From positions 59,708,001 to 59,772,000 of the forward strand of contig CM052817.1 of assembly GCA_028534125.1 (NCBI GenBank): 64,000 nt of DNA, written 5' to 3'. Below, piece after piece: positions 26,420-38,330 of this stretch. The notes beneath the pieces were generated by a model that ran no database searches, was not told the origin of the DNA, and saw nothing but the letters and a program-made list of their open reading frames with translations. Both the position numbers and the translations under genes were made by a program. Source of the DNA: Lama glama (lineage: Eukaryota). The stretch's first letter is position 1. Every line of letters starts with the position of its first letter.

Positions 26420-27080
26420 AGATAGAATGGTAGAGTGGGTAAAAATCTCTAATTTGGCATTATATTTTACAAGTTTCGCTACTGGATGGAAACTATTTGG
26501 CAAACTAAAACTTCATGTAAGCCTCAGATTTCTACTCTGTAAAATAGATATAATAATAGTTGACATCTAAAAGAGTTACCATGAGAAAACTCAGCCATAA
26601 AAAAGAATAGAATAATGCCATTTGCAGCAACATGGATGAACCTGGAGATTGTCATTCTAAGTGAAGTAAACCAGAAAGAGAAAGAAAAATGGCATATGGC
26701 ATATTCCACTTATATGTGGAATCTAAAAATAAGGGACACAAATGAGCTTACTACAAAACAGAAACAGACTTACAGACATAGAGAACAAACTTATGCTTAC
26801 TAGGGGTTAAAGGAGGTGGGAAGGGATAATTTGGGAATTTGAAAATTGCACCTCTTGGGGAGTGATTGAAATGTTCACTGTCTTGATTGTGGTGGTGGTT
26901 TCATGGGTGTATACATCTATCAAAATTCATCAAATTGTGCATCTGAAATATGTGTAGTTTACTGTACAGGAACCATATCACAATAAAGGTGTTAAAAATA
27001 GATGAGATAATTCCTCTAAAGGGTTTAGTACAGTACCTGAGGTATATTAGGTACTCAAAAAAATGTTAACTATTATTTTT
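26420..27080 (+). mobile_element. MIR SINE split by an L1 insertion (halves near 26420-26587 and 26999-27080)
   Basis: 'gcctcagatttctactctgtaaaatag...gttaccatgag' continues as 'tagatgagataat...ttagtacagtacctga...aaatgttaactattatt'. Confidence 0.75.
26588..26998 (+). mobile_element. Chimeric L1 3' piece: young-type L1 to 26850 joined to an L1MB/MC-type terminus
   Basis: ORF 26615-26803 (MPFAATWMNLEIVILSEVNQKEKEK). Aligns with 33670-33943 up to 'ttgca', then switches to a different L1 terminus ending 'caataaaggtgttaaaaa'. Confidence 0.85.
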
Positions 27081-27534
27081 ATCTGTCACCTTGGGAATCA
27101 CCTGAAATCACCTGAAAATGTTACTATTGTTCCAAAATGTTTTAACTTTATTATTTGGAATTACATTAAAACTTAGTTTATAATCTGCATAAGAAATCTA
27201 GACATCCGGCTTGATTACTATAATTATATTTGTTTCATGTTCCAAAAATGATATTCCCCAGATTACTAATTCAATGGTTGGATGACTTCTGCTTGTTTCT
27301 AAAAATAAAATACATTTTTGAATGATGAACACATTTCACCACTGAGGACATATTCATAATGTTCTGCAGCATCTGAAAAGAGTTTCAAGGGAGGAGGGAA
27401 AGCTCATTTTGTAATTAATAAAAGTGTGAGGAATTTATATACTTCCCAAGGTGACAGATTTGAGAAAAAAACAACTTTTCAAGATATTTACTAAAAATAA
27501 AGTATATTACTTGAAGATTTGTTACTTCACTGAT

Positions 27535-28225
27535 TTTTTTTTTTTTTGGCATAATTTGAGTCTTAGAAAAAAGTTGCAAGAGTAGACCAAAAAATCCTGG
27601 AAACCACTCTTCACGTATATTTCCCAAATGTTAGCATTTACTGCATTTACTTTATATTTCTCTCTATCTCTGCTTATGTATGTGTGTGTGTATTTATATG
27701 TTATGTGTATTTAGATAGATAGTTTTTAGAACTGGTTAAAGGTGGGTTGTAGACATGTCACTTTTCCTGCTGAATACTTAAGTGTATAGTTCTGTTATGT
27801 TAATAATCACCATGTAATTAGCAAAATCATGAAGTTAACATTGAAGAAATAGCATTCTTCAGTTTACACACTTCATTTAGATTTTTGTCAGTTGTACCAG
27901 TGTCTTTTACAGCCAAATGAAATCCAAAATCTTGTGTTACATTCACTTTTCATATCTCTTTACTCCTTTAAGCTGGAGCCATTCTTGAATCTTTTCTTGT
28001 ATCTCATCACATTGCAGCATTTTGCCAGTAACTTTGTAGAATATCCCTCAGTTTGAGTTTATCTGATATTTACTTATGATTAGATTAGGTTATTCATTCT
28101 TGGCTTTATCCTATTGCTAGTCAGGCTTCCATCCATTAGGTTTAGCTTCCACTGATGATTTTTGCCTGAATGGGTTAATGTTAAGATGGTTGGCAAATGG
28201 TGATTTTCTAATCCCATCAGTACTG
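27535..28225 (-). mobile_element. L1MC4/5-type 3' UTR
   Basis: 'ataatttgagtcttagaaaaaagttgcaagagtag...aaatcatgaagttaacattga...tttgtagaatatccctcagtttgagttt'. Confidence 0.7.
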
Positions 28226-28542
28226 CTACGTGAGTGAGTTGTGTTACTTGTCTGAAGCTTGGTTTTTCTGTTCACCGTGGATTAATTATTTTAAGTTCTT
28301 TGGTTTGTGGGAAACCTAAACTCATATGAAGAGTTTATAATCTGTTTATAAATATGTGAAAAGGCATTATATAAGATATTATTATATTTGGTTGAAGGTT
28401 GTATTAGATGACTTCTGAGGTCTCATCCTACTTAAAATCCACAATTTAATGATTCTAGTGTCATTTTTTTAAAATACAGAATGAGCTAGAAAAGTAAAGG
28501 GTGTTAAATGTGACCTGAAGGAAAAAAATCAAGAACTCTAAT

Positions 28543-28616
28543 AAAGATATGTAGAGTGTGAACAATTCCTAAACTTTCGAAAGATATGTAGAGTGTGAAC
28601 AATTCCTAAACTTTCG
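28543..28616. repeat. Perfect 2 x 37 bp tandem duplication
   Basis: aaagatatgtagagtgtgaacaattcctaaactttcg at 28543-28579 and 28580-28616. Confidence 0.97.
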
Positions 28617-29946
28617 CTTATTCAGTAGAACAAGCACTTATAAACGTATGGTAGCTTTAAAAGCCTGTGTCAATTGAATGGGTAAGCTGTAAAAAAATAA
28701 ATAAGTAAAAATAAAAAAGATGATTAGGTAACAGAGTTTCAAAAGACTGTTTAAGGACCTGGTCAATCCCTTTGTTTACTTCTACTGATTATACATGCCT
28801 TATATAATTGTCCTGAATTTTTGACCAAATTACTAGCATTTTTACCAACTTTTACTAACTGAAATAATGAACTAGCATTATACTATGTAAAAATATAGTA
28901 AATGGTAATAAAAGTATGTCCTCTTGTTGATAATTTACCTCTCTTGATTCAAAGAACTAAAAATAGATTTTCCATTATTGCAGAGAATGAATTCTCTTCA
29001 CAGAGATTCCCCTAATGGTTGAGTAATGGCCTCATTTCAAGGAGTTAGTCTTTAGCTGTGGAAAAGACATAGAAAGGTGACTTATCTCAGATCAAAATCA
29101 ACCCAGTTGTTAAATATTATAATAAAACTAGTACATGTCACCTACTCTTTAAAGTTTTACAATTTTTTCAAATATTTTTCATCAGATACTCAGGGAAAAA
29201 AGACAGCTGCTTGTTTATAAGACTGACTTAATTGCTTTTAACAATGCAGACTGAGCCATGTATCTGTAACATGCCTCAGCTGTGGAGTCATATTTGGAAG
29301 TATCTTTGCATTTCACTACTGATAAAGGTCTGTATCTATTTAGTTAATATGTTGCAAAAATTTATTATGGTCTGACAGATGTTGAATACATTTTCAAATG
29401 TTGGGGTATGTTTAGGATCCTGGAAGCTTGTGGATTCTTACACAGAACCATGTAGAGTTGAAGGACCTTGGAGAATGTAGTTCAGTCATTTTTTTTTCAC
29501 AAGAGAGGGAAATATTTTGACAATAAGAGGCAGGGAATACATTTTGTTTCCTCCTTCTAAATAATTTAAAGAAAATAATTTCTCATATAAAATATTTACT
29601 AATTAAAAAGTCTTGATAAAAAATAATAGTGTCAAACATTTGTTCCTGGGTACTCTTTAAATATTGAATATGAAAATATATTTATGGAGCAATGACCAGC
29701 CTTTGAAAATAAGCATTATGTTTATTATATTGAGATACTCAACAAATGTACATAAAAGTAACATTTCTATTTTTATATAATAGTCATGTTAGTTGTGTAT
29801 ACAAGGAAAGCAGAAAAATTTATGGATAGAGAGATTAATTAGTAGACTCTGATATATAATATATAATTGTTACTGTAGAAAACTTCAGTTCATAAACAAG
29901 AATATTTTATTCAAATAATTACTCTTCTCAGTGAAAATTATTAAAA

Positions 29947-31364
29947 TGTATCAGTGTCCTCCTGCTAAAGACTATTGGAAACATCCCTTTATTCAAACAA
30001 GTTGGATTTATTGGCACATTGCAATAAGGGAGACTACACAAAATGAGGACTCACAAGGCATCTTCATGAAGGGGTGTTGGAAAGGATATATTATGTGATA
30101 TGGATGTGTGTGAGGTAGTTTGGGAGCAGGTTCAAACAGCAGGTCTTTGTATTAGGTGCTGTCAGGTAGTTCTGCAGTTGGATTTAGTAATTCTTTTTTT
30201 TTTGTATATATATGTATTTATAGAAGTATAGTCAGTTTACAATGTTGTGTCAATTTCTGGTGTGCAGCATAAGGAAATTAGAACTCTCCCTCACACCATA
30301 CACAAAAATAAACTCAAAATGGCTTAAAGACTTGAACATGAGACAAGACACTATAAACTTCTTAGAAGAAAAGATAGGCAAAACATTGTCTGACATAAAT
30401 CTTAGCAATGTTCTCCTAGGGCAGTCTACCATGCAATAGAAATAAAAGCAAAAATAAACAAATGGGACTTAATAAAGCTTATAAGCTTTTGCACAGCAAA
30501 GGAAACCATAAGCAAAACAAAACGACAACCTACGGAATGGGAGAAAATATTCGCAAATGACATGACTGAGAAAGGTTTAATTTCCAGAATATATAAACAG
30601 CTCATAGAATTCAATAAGGAAAAGACAAACAACTGAATCCCAAAATGGGCAGAAGACCTAAAGAAGCCAGTTCTCCAGTGAAGACATACAAATGGCCAAT
30701 AGGCACATGAAAAAATGCTCCATATTGCTAATTACCAGAGAAATGCAAATCAAAACTATGATGAGGTATCACCTCACACCAGTCAGAATGGCCATCATTC
30801 AAAAGTCCACAAATGACAAATGCTGGAGAAGGTGCGAAGAAAAGGGAGCCCTCCTATACTGTTTGTGGGAATGTAGTTTGGTGCAACTGTTATGGCAAAC
30901 AGTATAGAGATTCCTCAAAAGACTAAAAATAGACTTACCATATGATTCAGCAATCCCACTCTTGGGCATATATCCAGAGGGAACCTTAATTCAAAAAGAT
31001 ACATGCGTCCCAGTGTTCATAGCAGCACTATTTACAAGAGCCAAAACAGAGTTTAGTAATTCATATTAAAGAATCACCACTCCTAATAGCTGAGATAGGA
31101 GACGAATGGTGATTTTTGTAGTTTAGACAATGTTTTTGTTTTTGTCTCTGCTCAGACATTTTTACAAAGTGGTCTTACTTTGTTTTGATCCATCACAGAC
31201 AAAGGGTATTCTTGTCTGATGTTGATGTTCTGTGAAGTTGTTTATATTCAATAAGCAGTTGCTATGGGCCAGCTGAGAGTGTCAGACCAACTTCTAGCAA
31301 CATCAGGGCTTACCTGATGGTGCAAGGTCAACGGCCTGCCGTCAGGGGCTGTTTCTCTTTCTTA
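29947..31364 (-). mobile_element. ERV1 solo LTR (MER90/MER110-like) split by a young L1 (halves 29947-30193 and 31052-31364)
   Basis: Starts 'tgtatcag'. Minus-strand AATAAA in 'gatttattgg'. Right end 'gtcaggggctgtttctctttctta'. Confidence 0.6.
30194..31051 (-). mobile_element. Young L1 insertion with 5' inversion (minus-strand tail 30194-30270, plus-strand ORF2 piece 30271-31051)
   Basis: Perfect 11-bp TSD tttagtaattc at 30183-30193 and 31052-31062. Poly-T at the left end. ORF 30692-30907 ([36 protein letters not shown]). Confidence 0.92.
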
Positions 31365-33294
31365 TGTATAGTAGCATATACTGTTAACTGTATATTTCAT
31401 GGCAAAATGACTTCATGTGTAATATGATTATTTTCCAACTATGTATCTCTCACTTCAACATTTTGTTAATGTCTGTCCTCATCACTGGATTGTAAACTCC
31501 ATAAAGACAGAGACCATGGGTTGAGAACAGAGCAAATCTTACCTTGGAGTTGTTGAACAAGTTGTTCAGCAATTTACTAGGTACACTTGAAGGGAGTAGA
31601 GTCAAGAGGATGAAATAGGCCAAATTCTGAATCGCAATAAATAAAAAGTCTAAGCATGAATCATGCAGTGAGTTCAGAAATATGATTTCAGATAGGAAGA
31701 GATAGATACAACGGAAACTATCCCACATCTGAGGAAGGTTTACATAAAATAAGTAGACACCTTAGAAGAGAATGAATGGCTGAGCAAGAAGGTTGTACAG
31801 GAGGAAAGCAATTTCTGATCCAAAGAATAGGGAAGCCAGAACAACGTAGAGTGCATCCTTAGAGCTTCAAATTGCGTATCAGGAGAATGTACCCGAGGAC
31901 ATGTTTTTCCCTTTAACGTTGTAACTGAATCTGTGGTACTGTGTACCAGAAAGGGAATTATTCAAGTATATTTTGAATTCTTAATGTGTATCAGGTATTT
32001 TGTTAAATGCTGAAAGTCCAAGAGTGAAAAAGAGATGGAATTTCATGAATGATACTTTTTTCTAAACATTCATACCATTCAAACAATCCTGAATCTGTTT
32101 AAAATTACTGGAAGGACCTAAATTCTAAGAAGTGATTAAAATGAGAAAATTATTAATTCACTCACAAGACTTTGGGTCAGAAGTTGCAACTGGCAAATAT
32201 ATTCTCCAGAAAGACAGTGATCAACAATGCCTGTTTTTTAATGAATAGAATGACATAGAAGTGGATGAAGATTGTAGAGTCTGCACCAGAGAGTTATTGC
32301 AAGGGAAAAGACATTGCTGAATCAATGCTGATATTTTATTAAAAGGCTGGACTACTTTTTGTCTGTCCTTAATATCTGTGATTTGTTAAAGTTTTCCAGG
32401 CAAAGTCATTTGTATCTATGTTCCATGTCAGCCGTTTCCTTGAAAATGGCAGCTTTTCTTATTTATTTTTCTTACATAGTTTGAAATTTGCATTTTTCCA
32501 TAATCTGTACTACTATAGTATTTATAAAACAAATTCAGAAAAGAATTATTTCTCTTTTCCTGGAGCTTAAGTTTGATAACATTTGGTTTTATGTCTGAGT
32601 TTTGATGTTTAAAATTTACAAGAGGGACAAAGACTCATGTTCATGAAATCACAGAATTTCATGAAACTAACCAACTTGTAATAGTAGGCATCTATTCATG
32701 AACTTGTATTAGTGTGTAAAGTTTTGAAAATTGTGATGTCTTCTACAAAAGTAAGGTTCAACTACTATAAATCTTCATTGTATAAAGAGAAAAACAAAAG
32801 AACTGATTAATACCACGCCACGCCTGAAATGTCTCCATTTATTTTTGCATTAACTGTTTGCCACAAGACACAGTGAAGAAGAATCATGTTGTATCACTTA
32901 ATCAATTACTTTGGAGAGGTTAGGGATATAAAAAATTCATAAATGTTTTCTTTGCTGTCCTCTTATCTTTCCAATATAGTGTCCATTGTGAAATGGGCTG
33001 TTGTTTTTTTTTTTTCGCAATCCAAAGTATCAGGACATTGCACATTGACCTTAGAAAAATGTCTGATGAATGTACAATTGATTTTCTTATGCAAACAATA
33101 CAAAATGAATATAGATACATTATGGTTACAAGGATGTAGTTTATTAAATTGTTGATTGTCATGTGTTAGAAACAAGAATATGTAATATAAGTTGAGTAAT
33201 TCTGAAGAAGAGATTCAGGGAGCACAAAGCATGTTTCTCCAAAAACACACAAAAAGGAACAGTGATTTTTATTCTATTTAATAAAATATCATTC

Positions 33295-34372
33295 ATTTGT
33301 TTGCTAAGTGAGTAGATCTTAAAAGAATGGCTATCATTGAAAAAAAGAATGGCCATCATAAAAAAGTCCACAAACAATAAATGCTGGAGATGGTGTGGAG
33401 AAAAGGGAACCCTCACTGTTGGTGGGAATGTAGTTTGGTGCAGCCATTATGAAAACAGCATGGAGATTCCTCTAAAGACTGAAAATAAACTTATGATCCA
33501 GCAAGCCAACTCCTGGACATATATCCAGAGGGAACCTTAATTCAAAAAGATACATGCGTCCCAATGTTCATAGCAGCACTATTTACAATAGCTAAGACAT
33601 TGAAGCAACCTAAATATCCATCAACAAATGCCTGGATAAAGAAGCGGTGGTATATTTATACAGTGGAATACTACTCAGCCATAAAAAGGATAAAATAATG
33701 CCAGTTGCAGCAACATGAAAGGACCTAGAGATTGTCAGGCTAAGTGAAGAAAGCCAGAAAGAAAAAGAAAAATACCATATGATATCATTCATATGTGGAA
33801 TCCAAAAAAAAAAAAAAGGAAAAAGAGAACACTAGTGGACTCATCTACAAATAGAAATAGACCTGCAGACATAGTAAACAATCTTATGGTTATAATGGTA
33901 AAGGGGGTCAGGAAAGGATACATTTGAGTGTTTGAGATTTGCAGATGTTAACCACTATATATAAAAATGAATGAAAAACAAATTTCTTCTGTATAGCACA
34001 GGGAACTATATTCAATACCTTGTAATAACCTTTAATGAAAAAGAATATGAAAACAAATATATGTATATATATGCATGCCTGGGACATTAAGCTGTACACC
34101 AGAAATTGACACATTGTAACTGACTGTACTTCAATAAAAGATAACATAAATAAATGTGCCAACATGACCTTATAAGAAATATGTCTAAAATACATTTAAT
34201 CTCCCCTCCCCAAAAAAGTTCTCATCACAAGAAAAAACAAATTAAATATGGTTGGTGATGAAAGTTAATTAAATTTATTATGATAATTATTTAACTATAT
34301 ATATCAAATCATTTTGTTGTATACCTCAAATAATACAATATTATGTGTCAATTATATTTCAACTTTAAAAAG
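33295..34372 (+). mobile_element. Older L1MA-type 3' terminus split by a young L1 (halves 33295-33325 and 34214-34372)
   Basis: 'tttgctaagtgagtagatcttaaaag' resumes as 'aaaagttctcatcacaag...tgtcaattatatttcaa'. Confidence 0.7.
33326..34213 (+). mobile_element. Young 5'-truncated L1 (ORF2 C-terminus, 3' UTR, extra 3' sequence)
   Basis: ORF 33337-33540 (RMAIIKKSTNNKCWRWCGEKGT). Terminus 'tgactgtacttcaataaaa' near 34139. Insertion at tt|aaaag. Confidence 0.92.
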
Positions 34373-34391
34373 TATTATTGGATTCATCTGT

Positions 34392-34392
<1 letters not shown>

Positions 34393-34412
<20 letters not shown>
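34393..34412. repeat. (TA)n microsatellite
   Basis: About 10 TA units. Confidence 0.9.
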
Positions 34413-34422
<10 letters not shown>

Positions 34423-34450
34423 TAATGAGTAAAATCAGATGAATAACACT

Positions 34451-34514
34451 AGTGTCTGAATTCTGTATTCCATCACTAGTGGTTATAACTAGTATGGTAC
34501 AGAATTCAGACACT
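34451..34514. repeat. 64-nt inverted repeat / hairpin
   Basis: agtgtctgaattctgta (34451-34467) is the exact reverse complement of tacagaattcagacact (34498-34514). Inner ccat/atgg and actag/ctagt also pair. Confidence 0.95.
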
Positions 34515-34870
34515 TACCCTTAGTGTACTAATATTCAGAAACTTACCAGTAATATACATGTAGAAACCATATAGTCTTGTAGCAATGTATAATATTACCT
34601 ACTGGGCTGTTAGTTCTGAATTTTATGAAGATTAAAGGTTAACTGAAAAATCCATTGAACCTTTATCCCTGTGGCAAGACAATGTATTATAAGAAGCTAA
34701 AAGAGATTCCTTGCATCCTTTTAAGATTTTCTTTATTCTAAGGAACTTAATAACCTTAAATCATGACTAAGGGGATAGTTTTCATTTATCTACATTCACC
34801 TCTCTGAGTTACATGCTGAACTTGTCCTGTTTTTTTGTCCCTTAATAAGGCAACTTACTGCTACCTGTTA

Positions 34871-35370
34871 NNNNNNNNNNNNNNNNNNNNNNNNNNNNNN
34901 NNNNNNNNNNNNNNNNNNNNNNNNNNNNNNNNNNNNNNNNNNNNNNNNNNNNNNNNNNNNNNNNNNNNNNNNNNNNNNNNNNNNNNNNNNNNNNNNNNNN
35001 NNNNNNNNNNNNNNNNNNNNNNNNNNNNNNNNNNNNNNNNNNNNNNNNNNNNNNNNNNNNNNNNNNNNNNNNNNNNNNNNNNNNNNNNNNNNNNNNNNNN
35101 NNNNNNNNNNNNNNNNNNNNNNNNNNNNNNNNNNNNNNNNNNNNNNNNNNNNNNNNNNNNNNNNNNNNNNNNNNNNNNNNNNNNNNNNNNNNNNNNNNNN
35201 NNNNNNNNNNNNNNNNNNNNNNNNNNNNNNNNNNNNNNNNNNNNNNNNNNNNNNNNNNNNNNNNNNNNNNNNNNNNNNNNNNNNNNNNNNNNNNNNNNNN
35301 NNNNNNNNNNNNNNNNNNNNNNNNNNNNNNNNNNNNNNNNNNNNNNNNNNNNNNNNNNNNNNNNNNNNNN
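34871..35370. other. Assembly gap (500 N)
   Basis: Run of N. Confidence 1.
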
Positions 35371-35513
35371 CATTTGTCATTTGTGGATTTTTGAATGACG
35401 GCCATTCTGACTGGTGTGAGGTGATACCTCATTGTAGTTTTGATTTGCATTTCTCTGATAATTAGTGATATTGAGCATTTTTTCATGTGCCTTTTGATCA
35501 TTTGTATGTCTTC
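35371..35513 (-). mobile_element. Young L1 ORF2 fragment abutting the gap
   Basis: Minus strand encodes [43 protein letters not shown], near-identical to 30692-30820. Confidence 0.92.
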
Positions 35514-36254
35514 ATGAGATCGTTTGACGTCTCCTCAACTCTGTCATACTTCACACAAATACAATTCAAGAGGAATATACATTTTTAAAAGAATATTTTG
35601 ATGCAATTGAATTTCTTTCAAGTTGTATATTTTTATTTTCTCTGTATATTTTGACAATTGAAGATAGGTAACTTTTTGAAATATATTCTCAGGTTTAACT
35701 TTTACCCTCTCTTATAAAAATGTTTGCTTTAAAATGTTTTTGAAATTACTTGAATGCTATGCTTTTCTGTAATTTTAACTGTGTTGTATTTTCATAAATG
35801 AGAATTATTGAGAGAAAACATTAACTTCTCTATTCTTTTACTCGAATTGCTAATAGTGAAACATTTTTGTAGTGGCAAAAAACTAAAAGAAAGAAAAACA
35901 GTAGACTTACTCGAAATTTCTTATTTAAGTAAGCTAATTTGTACTTAACACAGTCTCTAGGATACACTTTCTCACTTAGTAAAACTCACATATTTTTAAC
36001 AGTCACAACAAAAGAGGACTAGCCTGTAATCACTGTTTACAAAACTATTTTACTTGAAGTGTAAATTTCAGGTGGGCCTGAAATGGAAAGAATCTAGAAA
36101 TTTCTCCTAGGTCTGCTGTTATTTTGTGGCCTTAGGCCACATTTTTAACCTTCTTAGGTCTGTATTTCCCTCAAGTTTGAAATAAAGTGGTTTGATTTAT
36201 GATCCTAAAAAGCTATATGCATATTAAACTGCTATAATTTCAATCATATATGTA

Positions 36255-36315
36255 TATATATTTAATTTAAGTGTTGTCAGTTACAATGTGTCAACCTCTG
36301 GTGTACATCATAATC
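36255..36315 (-). mobile_element. Very short young-L1 3' tail
   Basis: 'gtcagttacaatgtgtcaacctctggtgtaca' is the reverse complement of the terminus at 34093-34125. Confidence 0.75.
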
Positions 36316-38159
36316 ACATTTTAAATGCATTAAAGCAGACATCTTTTTAAGAAGGCATATTAAAATAATTTTCTAAGGGTAAGAATTATTTTGGATTATG
36401 AATAATCTAAGTTCTGTTCAACCTTTCAACATAATGTGGTTAGTAGAATTTTGTAGTAGTCTTTTGAGATCAATGGTCCTTTTATTTAGATATCTAAACT
36501 ACATCTAGTAATTTCTGTCATTAAATGTCTTAGATCATATAATTTTAGAATTGAAAGAGATTTTAGAGATCATTAAAAACCCATTTCCCTAGGTACTACA
36601 AAAAGTAGGCCTACAGAAGTTGAATGACTTGCCCAAAGTAATGTATTTAATCAGGAAAATGAAAATTTAAGGAGATTTTAAGCAATCACCCTAGCCTTGT
36701 GGATTAAATTTTGTCAAAAGATCAGACATATTGAACTATTAAACATTGATTCAAACTCATCTTAGAGATTTGTTATAATATTTGTAGACTATATATGTGA
36801 GTATATTTTAAAAGACTGGCTTACTATATTTGTATGTATGAAAAATCTGTTGGTTTAGTGCTGATACTACCATTTGAGGAATTATTTTCTTCATGATAGT
36901 GTATCATTTTGTATTTCCTTGACATAATAAAATCAAATCATCATTTAGCTTTTCTTTTTTACATTATGTTGAATGTTCAGATTATTGCCAAATTTCCAAC
37001 TGTTTATATTTACTGTATCCATTAAGTCAAAAATATACTTGGAATCTGTCTTTAGAATAAAGCTAACTATTCTTATCTTAAATATGGACAAACACACACA
37101 CACATTTATAATTTACCAATATAATTCAGTGTATATAAGTAATCTTAGAGTTTTTCACTCTTTACAGGTTTGAAAAAATTTAATTTTTCAAAATTTATAA
37201 AATGCTTCATATCAAGTTAGGCAATTATTAAATCATTTAAATTTATTTTAAAGATGCTGGGAAATAGAGTACCTTATGCCTAATTGGTATCATATACATG
37301 AAACAAAACATCATTTTACTTGCTATATGATAATGCTACTATTTACCTTTTTTCTCCTAATCTTAGTTATAAAATATATTTTTATGTTAACAAACCACTT
37401 GTGCTTTTATCTATTTTGTCTTCATTTGACTAAAATTAAAAAAAAATTGAAAAAGTATGTCTTTTTTGTCTTCATTTACCTATAGTTTAAGAAATATGAT
37501 TATTTCTAATTTTTTCTATTGGAAATTAATCTGAGACCTATTTATATTAACTATTCAGCCTAAAATTATATTCTGTATTGATTTTCAAAGAAAATATTTG
37601 CCACCATAATAACAAAGATGTAAAATATCAACTAAATTTAATTTTCAAATAAAATAGTTAAACATGTATTGACAGTAGTAGTAATATGGTTATTAATATT
37701 AGTATTGATATGCTTATCATGTGCTAAAAATGATCATTAATTTGATAATTTCCCTTAAGTTCACAATTCTCTCCATCTATCTTGGGTCTCAGTCAAAAAA
37801 GTATGTGGAGTCCAAGATGATGCCAATAGCTGTCTGGATGCTTTGTTTCATGAGTTGGACTTTGTTAAAATTCTCTGCAAAATATATGAAGACAAGGAGA
37901 GAGTCTAACTTCCTGTTAGATTCTAATAATAATAGAATAAAAGGCAAAAATGTTTATATATTTTGAAGTTTTGTCCGTAGATGTCACATATTTCAATTTT
38001 TTAAAAAAGTCGTTAAAAATTATACCTCTGTTTACTAGTTAAATTTTAGTTATTAAATCTTATAATAACAGGGGGATATAGTGGAGTTGGGCAGTACATT
38101 GTATAACGTATTGTTTTACAAGAAGAAAAACTACGATCACTTATAATATGGTTGTTATT

Positions 38160-38330
38160 GGCTCTGAGAATGATAAAAGGCTAAACAAGGAAGTTCCCAG
38201 GAGAGATACTGGAATTTCCCCGGTATGGTCAGTGCATGAGGCCTTCTGTAATACTACTTTCTGTCCTTTCAGTGTTGAAAACTGATCATCCTGTCGGGAA
38301 AAGGTTGAAAAGATCTCTAGAGCTTATTTT
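38160..38330 (+). mobile_element. L3/CR1 3' end remnant
   Basis: 'ggaagttcccaggagagatactggaatttccccgg...gatcatcctgtcggga...ggttgaaaagatctcta' follows the L3 tail pattern. Confidence 0.4.

Noticed and set aside
28543..28616. CRISPR-like 37-bp repeat
   Set aside because: Two abutting copies with no spacer, in mammalian DNA.
34835..35501. Four long ORFs of 170-219 aa
   Set aside because: Artefacts of translating the N gap; the real part is L1 ORF2.
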